Part shown: in pieces, positions 13,591-27,903 of the stretch
Numbering within the stretch: position 1 is the first letter of the stretch
How the letters are laid out: each line of letters starts with the position of its first letter
Source of the DNA: Eledone cirrhosa
Lineage: Eukaryota
Length of the DNA stretch: 64,000 nt
Direction: 5' to 3'
NCBI GenBank assembly: GCA_964016885.1
Contig: OZ024747.1
Coordinates: 37,138,001 to 37,202,000, forward strand
The notes under the pieces: model-generated
Seen by the model: only the letters and a program-made list of their open reading frames with translations
Databases searched by the model: none
What the model was told of the DNA's origin: nothing
Translations under genes and position numbers: made by a program

Positions 13591-13842
13591 ACATATATGT
13601 AAACTTATAATATAACATCGGTGGTGTGAGGAGGGGAGACGGGTATGCATGGGCAACTGTTGGTCTTCCACAAACAACCTTGTCCGCACTTGTGCTTCGG
13701 AGGGGAATTTTCTAGATGCAAATACCATGGTCATTCGTGAACGAAAGGGGTCAGGGAATCGAACTCACAACCTCCTTATTGCAAGCCCAATGCGTCTTCA
13801 CACACACACACACATAGACGCAGACACACACACACACACACG

Positions 13843-13893
<51 letters not shown>

Positions 13894-14887
13894 GTATATA
13901 TATTACAATTTAGAAATTAAAAATTAAAAAATATATGATCAATACTACTGTGTTTTTTTTTTGCAAAATGACAATAATTTTTTTTATTATTTAAACATTC
14001 TGCCGCTATTTAGCACTGTCTTGTGGCGAACGAGAGTCCTTTCTCCCTCACGTGACGTCACTGCTCGCGGCAGTCAACTTTGTCATGGCAGTATTTCGCT
14101 TTCACGTTCACAGAGGAAAAGCAAATTTCATTTCTCTCTCCCACCATAATTCATTTTCTGCTGATGAAGCTAACGCATTAACACTGTTTTCGGCAAATTG
14201 CAAAGTCCACTTATGTGTGTATATATGTTTATATGAATGTATGTACGTATGTATGCATGTATCAATGTACGTATGTATATCTGTACGTATGTATGTCTGT
14301 ACGTATGTATGTCTGTACGTATCTATTTATGCATGTATGTAGTGTGTGTGTTTGTATTATGTATGTATGCATGTAATTAGGTATGTAGGGATTAGGTAGG
14401 TTTGGATTTACAAACGAAAGAAGTAAAGCTCAAATCATAAAGCAAAGAATGTATCATTTACTAACTTCAAACTTAATGATTGACATGGGATTTATGATTG
14501 ACCTGTGATTTTGCATGAAACTCTAGGTTTGTCAATCATTCTTGTAGCTTTATAGCTAATCGACTATATAAATAGCAATTTCTGTCTGTGAGTAACCAGT
14601 TGGCGTCTAAACCGTTGATCCGATCTTGATGAAACTTTACACATATATTAAGCTAATATTGAGGAATAGGACTAGCTAATTGAATTTCAATAATGGAACC
14701 CCTGGGGACATTAAACCCTCCCTCCCACTATTCCCATTTCTCCTCCCACAACTCACTCCTCCAAAGCGAGGTGACAACTTATTTGTTTTGTGTTCTCCAT
14801 TATGTAGAGAAAGAGGGAGAGGGGATGAGAGAGAGGAGATAAGAGAGAAAGAAAGGGGTGAGAGAGATAGGATAAGAGAGAGAGGGG

Positions 14888-14926
<39 letters not shown>

Positions 14927-15238
14927 CCAAAGAAAGAGAGAGAGTGGGTTAGGGAAGAGAAAGAAAGAAAACAGAAAATTGATAGTATAGTTCGATAACA
15001 AACTTTTATTTATTTATTTTTTAAACGCTTTTAGCTAACTCCTTTCTTAACGTTACTTCTTTTTCTCTCTCTCTTTCACAAAAGTCGTAATGAGACTATG
15101 TGTGTATGTGAGCGTGTGTGTGTGCACGCGCGCGCATGTATGTGTCTCGGCGTTCTTAAATTAGAGACACGTGTGTGTGTGTGTGTTTATCACCGTACTT
15201 AAGTTAGCGACATATATATCCCAGTCTACTGTCTCATG

Positions 15239-15310
<72 letters not shown>

Positions 15311-15541
15311 GCAAAAAAGAAAGGTTGTATGTGACACCTCGATCTACTAGAAATATTAGCAAAATCCATTTCAAATCACAGCGAACAGTCTTACACACAC
15401 ATGCATGTGGGTGTGTGTGTGTGTCATAGAAGCCACTATAACTGTTGGTGTACCTAAAAGAAATAGAAAACAAATCTCTCTCAAACAAGATCCTACTGCC
15501 ATATAGGTAAAAGTTGGTGAAATCTACAGTGTATTTTAATT

Positions 15542-15765
15542 AACCCAGGCTCTGCCGCACTTTGGCCCAAGGAGCGTAAACTTTCCAAATATCGGTCGCT
15601 CTCCGACAGGTTTGTAGTTGAGCCCATAGCAATGGAGACTACTGGCGTCCTTGGCTCTAGGGCTACCTTCCAACTCACCACCATCGGCACAGAGTTGGCT
15701 ACCCGCAGGGGTGAGCCTCGCCAGCCGGAATGGATTTTCCAGCGCGTCTCCCTCACTATCCTCTA
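15542..15765 (+). pseudogene. Fragment of the restriction-like endonuclease region of a CRE-like non-LTR retrotransposon
   Basis: PGSAALWPKERKLSKYRSLSDRFVVEPIAMETTGVLGSRA..IGTELATRRGEPRQPEWIFQRVSLTI fits the K..KY..F.P.A.ET.G..G..QR.S motif. Confidence 0.7.
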
Positions 15766-16300
15766 TTCCGACCACCGGGGATGCTGGGCGGCCAGCGCGT
15801 GGGCCCCCATTTGCTCATAATAGTGAGTGATGGAGAGATAGGGTGAGATGGAGGTAATGACAGTGGAAGTTTGGTTCCTGGTGTATATGTATATATTTAC
15901 CACACTTACACACATTTAGATAAACATAAACTTTTCTGAATTCCAGAAATGAGTAAGTAAATTCTTCATTCATTCATAAACCAATGGTAAATTTATTATT
16001 TTATCTTATGTTATTCCTGCCTTTTAAAATAGCCTTCATATTTTGTTTGAATTTCAGAGGTTCTGATTGTGCAAAAAAAAAAGGATAAATAAAATCTAAA
16101 TTTATTTTTTGGGTCATGGCCTTTTCACTGACAACATACCTAATGATTCTTCCAAGTACGAAGCATTATATATGCTGACTGTAATAGGGAGCAGTGTTTA
16201 AAAAAACACCACTGGACAAAACTAATAATATTTTTATCTACATGATTTGCTTTAAACAAATGTCAAACGTCAATAGTCAAATATTGTAACTTAAATAAAA

Positions 16301-16330
16301 TACCCGGCGATCACCGGGTAACTCAGCTAT
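16301..16330 (+). mobile_element. Helitron-like 3' terminus
   Basis: Hairpin TACCCGGCGATCACCGGGTA followed by ACTCAGCTAT (CTAG-like). The 5' end may lie near 14563 but is uncertain. Confidence 0.5.
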
Positions 16331-16338
16331 ATATAGAT

Positions 16339-16369
<31 letters not shown>

Positions 16370-16597
16370 CGTTTGTATGTATGAATGTGTGTGTATGCAT
16401 GTAAATGTAAATATATATTTTCTACCTACAGGTATTTTCTACCCATATTTTTCTGACTAATTAACGTATAAGTGTGCATTCTAATTTTCTTGGGTTCGTG
16501 TCTTAATAATACAGACTTAATCAAATTATTGAGTAAGTGAGAAAATGACCGAAGCTATGTAGATCCTATTGGAACGCTTCGGTTCATTATTTACACG

Positions 16598-17582
<985 letters not shown>

Positions 17583-17701
17583 CACACACACTCACATATA
17601 TATATATATATGTGTGTGTGTGTGTATACCTATATATATACATACACACACACACATACACATATATATATGTGTATGTGTGTAAGCCTATATATAAACA
17701 T

Positions 17702-17735
<34 letters not shown>

Positions 17736-17845
17736 GTGTGTGTGTGTATGCCTATATATATACATACACACACACATATATATACATATATATATACACA
17801 TATATACATATATATATACACACACACACACACACATATATATAT

Positions 17846-18050
17846 AAGTAGTTCCACAACTGTTAGTTCACCAACCGGGAACAAATGTTTCGCCTTATGC
17901 GGATCTTCAGCTCGATTTCATAAGATCCGCATAAGGTGAAACAGTTATTTTCGGTATGTGGAACTAACTGTTGTGTAACTACTTCTACCAAACTCGTACC
18001 ATGGACTGAGTGCTCTGCTACTACATATATACACCCAGTGTTCTACTATT
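17846..18050. mobile_element. Fold-back mini-element with a minus-strand hammerhead at 17876-17914
   Basis: Arms 17846-17907 and 17922-17984 plus a tail. Minus strand CGAG-CTGAAGA-TCCGCATAAGGC-GAAA-CATTTG-TT-CCCG. Homologous to 59770-59960. Confidence 0.85.
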
Positions 18051-20281
18051 ATATATATATATATATATAGGGATAACATATTTGCAGAGCTATATAAATA
18101 CATATATCTTCTAGTTGTCTATCTAATTTAAACTATATACAGCACACTAATTCGAGGGAGAGAGAAGAAAACGAGAGATAACGAAAGACGGAGGACAGAC
18201 AGGGTGAGAGAAAGAGAGAAGTATAGAAAGCGAGAGTGTGTTTGTGTGTCGTGTCCGAAGGAATACGAGAAACAACGCCTGGGAAAAGGTGAAGAAAGAA
18301 GCCACCGAATGATAAATACAATAGATGGAATACAAAGAGCTAAGAAGTATTGAGAAGACATGCATATGTGTAGAATATAAACCGCAATGATTTTAAAACT
18401 CTAGAAAAGGGAAAAGAAAAATCTATGCATTTGAAACAAGCGAATCTTTATTCAGGCGCAATATATTGAATTATCTGTAAGAAATTATGCGGAAAAATTA
18501 ATTTAATAACTAAGAATAAGGTGAAGATGTTTGTTATTAAAATTGTGTACTTATTTATTGAAGAAATTAAAATTCCTAACGAAAAACATCTAACTTTTCT
18601 CGAACATTCCTCCATTTCGTTTATTCTAATTTCTCTTGTCGTGCAGATTTTATTATATTTTTAGTTTTATTTTAGATGTTGTCTTAAAGAAATATAAACG
18701 ATTCATGCAAATTTTTATTAATTCTTTAAACTTGCCAATATGGAATTGAATTGAAAACAATTTTATTGCTTTTATTGGTTCTATTAACATTGTAGTTGTT
18801 GTTGTCCTTCTTCTTCAACGTCTTATTGCTATTATTACGCTTCTGATTGTCGGTTTCGATGGCAATATATGTAGAATGGTAAATAATATGTCTTGTAAAA
18901 CTTAATTTTTTCCTATTTACGTTCTCAGTTCGAATTCCTCCGACATACGACGGTGGTGACGTTGATCGTTAAATCATCGGTACTTAATTACAACTATTTA
19001 CATTCGGATTTCGAGAAGAGGAGCAATAGCAGCAGTATTCTGAGTATGCCATTTTCAAACTACCACCGGTTAAATCTCCAGAATTATCAGAGGTGTCTTC
19101 GCCATGTGTCTCAATGGCTCTACTATGCCATAGCCAACAATAACGGGGAAGAAAATATAATAAATATGCCCGAAAATGTGATAGATAAACGCGAGGATGG
19201 ATCTGATGAAAATACTCCGTGTTCAGTTGTGTCCTTCAGAACTCAAATAATTCTTGTATTGACATTTCCTTTCATTACTCCTAGTGCGTATTTATAACTG
19301 TTATAAATGTAAATACGTAGTGTGTGTGGTACGTCTGTGTTGTGCATTGATATATGTGGGAAGGTGGATGTGTAAGGAGAGCGTCTGTTTTGGGGTAGAT
19401 ACAAGTATGTGTGTTTGTGTGAGGAAGGAATGAACTAGAGAGAAGTTAGCCAGTTGTATAAACCATACAATTCACTTGTTCCGGAACGAGGGTAAGCTGT
19501 TTTCTACGTTGTAACTAATTATTGGAGAACCATAGAGTGGGGCATCACCGGAGATGGACATATGTTGATGTGCGGTTAGATCTCATATCACCTTTTTATC
19601 GCAAATTGCATTTCAGTCTCACCCTCACAACAAGCAAATCATTTCTACTACTGTACGCCAACATTCTTGCCTCCTCTAACTCATAACCAGCAACATCACA
19701 GCCTGTGCATCGCATTCTTCTCCTATTTACTTCCTCTCCAAATTCACAAACTTAACTCTGTGTTCAGTTGGATCCTACTACCATCAGAGTTCAAATATTT
19801 CCTGTGTTGACATTTCCTACTGTTACTCGTAGTTCATTAGCTAAGCAAGAGAAATACATTGGTAGCCGATTCAATTGACTACATACACTTTCCCTCTAAA
19901 AATATGTAGTAGCAATGTGTCAGTATATGAAATCAGAGTCAATGCAATTGTCTCATTAAAATTAATGGCTATTACAATTCTGATTCTATAGATTCATTTC
20001 CAATTTCGTATTTCTTTGATGAGTTATCCCCATAGTTGTAATATATTTCGACTTCTTCCTGATTTTCTTTTCTTTAATTTGAACATATTTCATTTCCATT
20101 GCGATGTGTACAAAATGTGGGAGAAAAAAGATCAAATACCATATGCTTTTCTACTTTATATTGTATTATCAAATTTAATGTATTAAGAAACATTCTAGAA
20201 AGAAATTATGTCGCTTAGGCACGAGATATGACGTCATTATGATAATATATTCACTTTTAAAATAAGTTTACTCAGAAAATA

Positions 20282-20844
20282 CTAGCAGAATGGCCCGGCG
20301 TTGCTCGGGATAGTAAACATAGATTGGCATGTTTACCCTCCCTTCTGATAGTTTACCGCCTCATTATATATATATATATATATATATTAAAACAACAGAT
20401 TAAAGTTTAAGCAAAGAATCGCTGCTTTCACCCTTAACGGGATGTTTTGAAACTAAAAAAAATCAATCTGTGAACGCAGAAGTAAATATTTCGAAAAACG
20501 TTACACACTACATATATATATATATACACACACTATATATACATATACACACACACACAGATAGCGAAGTCAATGTGTTCATAATGTCGTAATGCAGACA
20601 GCCAGACATACAGACAAATATTATAAGGGCGCGACGTTATATCTATGTATCTATCTAAAAAGACAGACTAAGAAAGAGAGAGAGAGATCGTTAACCGGCG
20701 CATTGAAAATTTGAAATATTTTTTGCTCAAAACACTCACATGACCATAAGTATTAATGTGTAAAGTTTGAAAACAAATCGGTTGGGTGTTTCTCGAGTTT
20801 TAGGTAGACAGACAGACAGACATTCTCTATTTTAGATATATAGA
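20282..20844 (-). mobile_element. Non-autonomous Helitron
   Basis: Minus strand begins A|TCTATATATCTAAAA and ends CCCGAGCAACGCCGGG-CCATTCTG-CTAG|T. Confidence 0.8.
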
Positions 20845-21279
20845 TGATATTAATATACATAGAGTCAAACCAAGTTTCTTGTTCAATTGGATTTTTAGAG
20901 ACTATTCGACTAAATAATGTGACTTCAAACGCCTCCTATCAATGTAGCGTTTATATTACACTAGAAGATTATCCGTCATATGACAAGTAAATATGGATGC
21001 ATATGTTGGCCACCGTAGATAACAGCAGGTAAATATATAAAAATGTATAAATATATAAATAAAAATAAATAAATACAGTATGCCCCTATTGTATTAAATG
21101 ATTTATTATATTCTCTCGGTAAACAGTTAGAATAATTGTTCTAACTTCTCTCAGAATATGAGAACAACCTTTTTATAAATATTTCATAAGATTGATATCT
21201 ATATATGTATATATATGTCCCAAGGCTCTGATACCATCAACACTATAAACACAGAGCTGGCATATCTAAGAACTGACTA

Positions 21280-21335
21280 ACTGCCTGATGAGGTCATAGC
21301 CATTCAATGGCTATCATCGAAATATATATAGCAGT
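21280..21335 (+). ncRNA. Type I hammerhead ribozyme in a short (TA)n-flanked element (about 21217-21380)
   Basis: ACTGC-CTGATGA-GGTCATAGCCATTCAATGGCTATCATC-GAAA-TATATA-TA-GCAGT: perfect 5-bp stem I, followed by AAATAAA. Confidence 0.88.
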
Positions 21336-21444
21336 AAATAAAGGATTATGAGTTCATGCAATTGACTTATGTTTCGTCACTATATATATATATATGTGTG
21401 TATATATATATGTGCGTGTGTGTGTGTGTGTGTGCATATGTATG

Positions 21445-21559
<115 letters not shown>

Positions 21560-21599
21560 ATACATATGTATAAATATCTTTTTCTTTTCTACCGCTTAT

Positions 21600-22200
21600 G
21601 TTTTGCTTACTTATTCTTGGGAGGATCACAGAGCAGAGTCTTCAAGCACTCATTCCAGCGGGTCCTGTCACAAGCAACTGTCTCCAATTGATCCGGCTGG
21701 ATCCCCAAGCCAGACGAACCGTGTTAAAGGAAGTTAGCCAACCATCTTGCTTGAAGTTTACTCCTCGGACTCCTGCTGGCTGGTTTTGCCCGTGCAGCAC
21801 TCAGCAGTATAACTGTCTAGCGTATGTTTGAGATCACTTTTCGTCAATTTATCATACCATGCCGTCTGAAAATTCCAGCCGATTGATCCTACACCTGCCA
21901 ATCTTGACAATACTTCCAACATGGCTGCCCATGATTACGAACAGAAGAGGAGACAATGCACACCCTTAGCGCTGTCCGATACCCACATTGAATGATTTCG
22001 ACTTAGCACTATTTATCTGAAATTAAATACTAGAGCAGTCGTATTGAGACTTCAGGGCATCAAGAAGCTGTCCATCGATCCCATTCTTCTGCATAACCTT
22101 CCACAACAGGTCCCGTGGAATGCGGTCATATTTATTTCGAGTTCTACGAAACAAGCATACATCTCTTGGCAGTACACCCACAATTTTTCGAAACCTGCTG
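21600..22200 (-). pseudogene. Highly decayed LINE 3' fragment, possibly RTE-like
   Basis: Minus-strand translation LETVACDRTRWNECL resembles the A.DR..W terminal motif of RTE-type ORFs. Confidence 0.3.
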
Positions 22201-23673
22201 CAGTGTAAATATTTGGTCGGCTGTGTGTGTACGTATGTGTATGTATGAGTGTGTATGTGTACTTGTGTGTGTGAGTAAATGTGTGATTATTATTTATGTG
22301 CATTGTTAAATTGAATCTAAATGTCCAGGCGGTTAAGCTATTGGATCAACCAAATCATTGCCCAAGCGTTCAAACCTGTGGTATAAGTTTAGCAACTTCT
22401 AAAGCACTTTACTCTATATCGCCTTAGTTTTCCTGTCAGGAAAAGATAAATAAGGTTTATCACAGATACCTTTGCTCACATTATATCAAGCAATTGACTC
22501 TATTTTTCGCACGATTGCTTGGAATATGCATATTTATATATTGTGTGTGAATGAGTTTACGCATGGGTGTGTATCTGCATGTATATGTAAAAGCAGTTAG
22601 CTGTTCTTTATACATAAGCTAATGCTTTTAGTTTATCATATAACCTCCAAAAATCTACAACATATATTCATGTTATTTTCTATCAGCTTTTACATTACCT
22701 TCCATCGACAAATATTTCGAAAAATAAAGGGTATAAGAACTTTCATATATAGAGAAAATGTGCATTAAGTTTGATGCCAACTTATTTTCTACTATTACCT
22801 ATAGAGAGAATAATTATTTTTTTTTTTTTGGTCTTTAGAATAAATCAAATGTTAATCTGCATATCACCTCCGTTACTATCTATTCATACTTACCACAGCA
22901 CAAATTTCATGCACAAAGTAAATAAATGTGTTTGAAAAGTGGAAGCTTTCTGCATTGCATTTGTGGCTGAAAGCGACTTACTTATCACATTATCGTGCGT
23001 CATGAAAGATAAAATATTGCTGAGTCCACGTCTGATAACATCCTTGTCATTTGTAAAAGTACTTTTATGTACTATATTTCGTAGAAAAGCATGAATATCT
23101 CAATATTCATGGATTAAGTAATACACTTTCATCTTTCAGCTAAAAGGCCAAACTTTAGTCCTTGCGCCTTAGTGTGAAATGAAATCATGAGAGAAAATAC
23201 AATTGTTTTTCCGTAGAAATAACATATTAAAACTCGATCTGTTTCGTAAAAGAGGAGAGAAAAAATAGGTAAAAACATTGAAGTAAAAGAATGGGGAGGT
23301 GGTGACGTTGTAGATTCTATTTTCAGGAATTGAATATATCCTGGACGGATTATCATCAATCGTGATATATAGAAGATCACAGGGGGATGCTAACGTCATG
23401 TTTCGTTTTTTTTCTCTCAATGATTGGAGTGAAACTAGTTTGGTATCTGCACTTTATGAATACGGCTCACAAACAATATGGAAACTACGGCTGCAGTCTG
23501 ATGGTGGTGGTGGTGGTGGTGGTGGTGGTGGTGGTGGTGGTGGTTTGTGGTGGTGGTGGTGTGGAAGGTGGTGGTGGTAAGGGTGGTGGTGTTCGTGGTG
23601 AGGGTGGCGGTGGTGGTGGTATTCGTGTTCGTGGTGGTGAGGGTGGTGGTGGTGGTGGTGGGTGGGGGTGTAC

Positions 23674-23830
23674 AGGCGGCGAATTGGCAGAATCGTTAGA
23701 ATGTCGGAGAGAATGCTTTACGGCATTCGTTTCGACTCATCTCTCACAACTCAAATCTCGCCGAGGTCAACTTAGCCTTTCATCCTTTCGAGGTCGATAA
23801 AAATAGGACCAGTCTAGTACTGGGTCGATC
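23674..23830 (+). mobile_element. tRNA-derived SINE
   Basis: GGCGGCGAATTGGCAGAATCGTTAGA..CTCAAATCTCGCCGAGGTCAAC..GCCTTTCATCCTTTCGAGGTCGATAAAA. Confidence 0.8.
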
Positions 23831-24094
23831 TTTCTCTCTATCTATTTCTCACTTCCTCTCACTCACTACCTCTACTTCTCTGGAAGAATCCTGCAGTATT
23901 CAGAACTGGAGAGAAATGGACTTCGTCAGGTTTTAAAATGTCCTAGAAACGTGATATGTCACATAGGGCGACCCAACGAATCCTTCGGGAGTTACAGGAA
24001 CATGTTATATATCCATCCATCCATCCATACATACATACATACATAATTGTTTCTACTTTAGGCACAAGGCCAGCAATTACCCAGTGCAGCACTG

Positions 24095-27000
24095 GATTGC
24101 CCCCTCGTTATCGAATATGGCCATTGCACAAAAAAAAACAACAAACAAAAAAGAAGCATAACGACAATAACAAAAATAATAATTTTAAAAAATATATATA
24201 TATACACACACACACACACATACATATCTATAATATATATACACACATACACACACACACACACACCATTAACGGTGCTGCGATCGAATGTGGCACTTTA
24301 ACCCAGCCAATTATCTAAAATGCCTTGCAACCAAAACATTCGCTGGGAATAACCGGCTGTGGTTGGAGTTCATGTACTTTTGTATGTCGTTTGAGCCCTG
24401 CTGCTGATTTACACTCTTTACCACATGCTTGGCAAGCATGATGAGTAGCATCTCCAACAGCAGCCTGGTAGTCAACCACTGGTCTCACTCTATGACCGTG
24501 AAGATGACTTTTGAGTTCAGCCTCGCCGAGTCAGAGTCTCGCACAGACGCTTTATGTCAGCGCCAGAGGAGGACCTTCGCCGTCTGGAGTGCAACAACAA
24601 TGCCCTTCCTCACACCCTTCTTTATTTTCTCGTATGCGATTCGAGATGCCTCAAAGGCAACTTCTCCCTCATATACAGTCTTTCTCCATTTATTACGATC
24701 AGCAGCAACATTTTCCCATGTATCAGCAGAGATATTAGCGTCTTTCAAAGAGGCTTTCAAGGAATCCTTATACCTCTTTTTGGGGTTTATGTGGCGGTCG
24801 TTTTCCTTTAACTAACTCTCCATAAAAGAGTTGTTATTGTATTCTAGAATCCTTCATCCTGGCAAGGTGACTACTCCAACGGAGTCTTTGCTTAAGCACA
24901 AGAGCTTCTATACTGTCACACAGAGAGCTTTCCAAAATCTCGACATCACTGATGTGGTCCCTCCAGTGAACGCCATGGATCCGTCTGAGACACATCTGAC
25001 GGAAACGCTCCAATTGTTTAAGGTGGTGTCGATATGTGACCCAGGTCTCGCAAGCACAAAGAAGAGAAGAGAGCACACGTGCCTTATACACCTTTACCTT
25101 TGTCTTCTTGCATATGTCCCGTCGACCCCAGAGGCGCCTTTCTAGCTTTCCGAAAGTATCAACTCCCAATCCTCCCAATCCTGAGTGGAACTTCACTATC
25201 AAGATTGCAGCAATCAAAATGTGCTGCATATCACTCTCTGTGTGCGCCACAAGATCGCAATCATCTGCATACAAGAGGTCTCTTATGATTGATGTGAATA
25301 CCCCCGTTTCCACAGCAAAGCGCTTGATGTCAAACATGCTGCCAGAGGTTTGATATTGGATGTAAACACCATGCTCGCAACTCCCGAATTCAACATAGAA
25401 AACCACCGCAAAGCACATGACAAACAGGGTCGGTGCTGGAATATACCCCCGCCTCACTCCATTTCCCACTGAGATAGGCTCCAACATGCCACCTCCGAAA
25501 TCAACCCAAACCCCCATGTCATCATGGAAAGGCCCAACCAAAGCAAAGAACCCATCAGGGCAACCAAGGCTCTGGAGAAGCCCCCACAATGCATCTCCGC
25601 CAACAGTATCAAAAGCTTTTGTCAGATCGACAAAACCCCGAGACAGACGCAAACCTCGCTCCACACACCTCTCCCGGAGTTGTCCAGCCGAGAAGACCAC
25701 ACCAGCAGCGCCGCGTCCATAACGAAAACCAGACCGACCATCAGGAAGAACACAATCCGCAATGTGTGTCAGCAGACGGTTCAGAAGCACCCTACATAAC
25801 ATTTTTCCTACGACAGAAAGCAATGATATACATCTGTAGTTTCCACAATCATTCTTGTCACCCCTTTCCTTGCACAAGACCACCATCACTGCATCTCTTC
25901 AGTCCTCAGGCACAGATCCACCAGCCCATATCCTGCCAAACAAAGAGTGAAGATGTTGCAGAAGTCCCTCATCAACATACCGCAAGAGCCCACATGCACG
26001 CCATCCACACCCGGAGACACTCCACTGTTCAGCTTCGAGATAGCTACTGCAACCTCCACAAGCGTCGGTGGCTCTGCAAGAGCTACTCCCACAGGTTTTT
26101 TCAGGAACGAGATTGAGGAAATCTTCATTGACGTCAGACGTCTGACCCAAACGTTTATCAGACTGATATCCCCACGAAGAAGTTCCCTGCCATCCTTGTT
26201 GCGAAGCGGTGTCACCAGAACATAAAAAGGTCGATAAACTTCACGCAAGCGACTGTACAACAGCTTTGTGTCATTGGAATCTGATGCAGCTTGCATCTCA
26301 TCAGCCCTCCCACTCCACCACTGATCCTTCATCTGAGAAAGCCTCGGCCTCACACGTGATTTCACATCCTAGAGTTCCTTATGCAACATATTCTTCTCCT
26401 GTGGTTTTGCCGTCAAGTAGCGTAACAGAGCACGCCACTTATCACCCAAAAAGTCATCTATATGTTCATCATTCTCATTAAACCAGTCTTGATGTTTTCT
26501 CTGCACCAATCCCAGAACACGCATGCCTACATCATAAACCGACTTTTTAAGGGTCGGCCAATCCTCACCAAGATCTGCAGCTTGGATCTCTTCTCACAAT
26601 GTCCTCTTCACATTATTATCTCTAAGACGAGCAGCATTCAATCTCCTAGGAAGGGTAACACCAGGAGCACGGATTTTACGTTTAGTGATTAGTTTCACTT
26701 TTGCATGTACCAGGTGGTGGTCCGTCCAGCACCCAGTCCCACCAAGAGCACGAACACACCGCTCATCCTGTCCGTCACGCATCCTGGCAAGGATGCAGTC
26801 AAAAAAAAATGCCATTTCCTAGATGCAGGATGCATCCATGTGGTCCCAAATTTGTTCTTTTGCTGGAACATGGTGTTGGCAACATACAGACCAGCTCCCC
26901 ACACATCTGCAACAGGAGCATACCATTGTTGTTACACTTTCCCACCCCACGCTTTCTAATCACATTCCATGTGTCAAAATCCCCACTCACTCTAGCATCA

Positions 27001-27430
27001 AAGCCCCCAAGACGACGACTTTGTCTGCTTGAGGGACATCTCTTAAAACACCCTTCAAGGTTTAGTAGAAAGACACTCCCTCCCCATCGACAGAACCCAC
27101 AACAGCAGCACACCCACCCACTAGGGTCGCACAGCTCCCGCGTCTAGCGGAACTCCCATGGACACAAGACGCTCACCAATCCCCACTGGGAACTCCTCCA
27201 ACTTACCCACAAGAGCAGTCCCAACAGCAAATTCCACCCCAGCTCTGTTCCAGTTCCTTCATCTCTTCCTTTCCAGAAGGATTTATATTCTGTAAGATGA
27301 GCAGCTCCAACTAGCCTCGACTCGGATAAAGTTGTCAAGATCGTAACGCCGAAGCAGATTTGCGGTCCCCCACCCAGGATGTCCAGAGTAATCCCTGTCA
27401 AGCAGCGTCCGCAGGCTCCAGCAGCCAATA
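24095..27430 (-). mobile_element. RTE-clade LINE, near full length and disrupted (APE, RT, C-terminal C2H2 region)
   Basis: APE motifs (TTWMHP, CWTDH), RT motifs (NYRCISLLSVVGK, DLTKAFDTV, LLYADD, CETW, RLRWSSHLARM) and a 3' hairpin at about 24098-24123. Confidence 0.93.
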
Positions 27431-27599
27431 TTAAAATGCCTTGTTTGGCTCTATTACAGTGCCACGATTACGAGCGGGCCTAGGCTGTGATACCGTGGTG
27501 CCCCTGCCCTTACTGCCAATTATCTCTTTGGTTCCAGAAACCTTATTACCAATTATCTCTTTTATATTATTTTGGAATATCATTGAATTGGGGGGGGGG

Positions 27600-27660
<61 letters not shown>

Positions 27661-27903
27661 TTTTCTTTATTAACCACAAGGGTTCACATAAAGTAGAGAT
27701 TAAGGACAGTACAGGACAATACAGGACGGTACAAATGGGCATTTCTGCGTGTAAAAAAACAGAGGTTGAAATAAAATAACAAAGAAAAAATTCCCCAATA
27801 GGGGGGAGACTTCCAAGGGACATTTGTGGAGAAAGCCCATTAAAAGACCACAGTGGCCCTGACCACCAGGGCAAGTGCCCTCTCCCAGTTTTCCACCTTT
27901 AAT

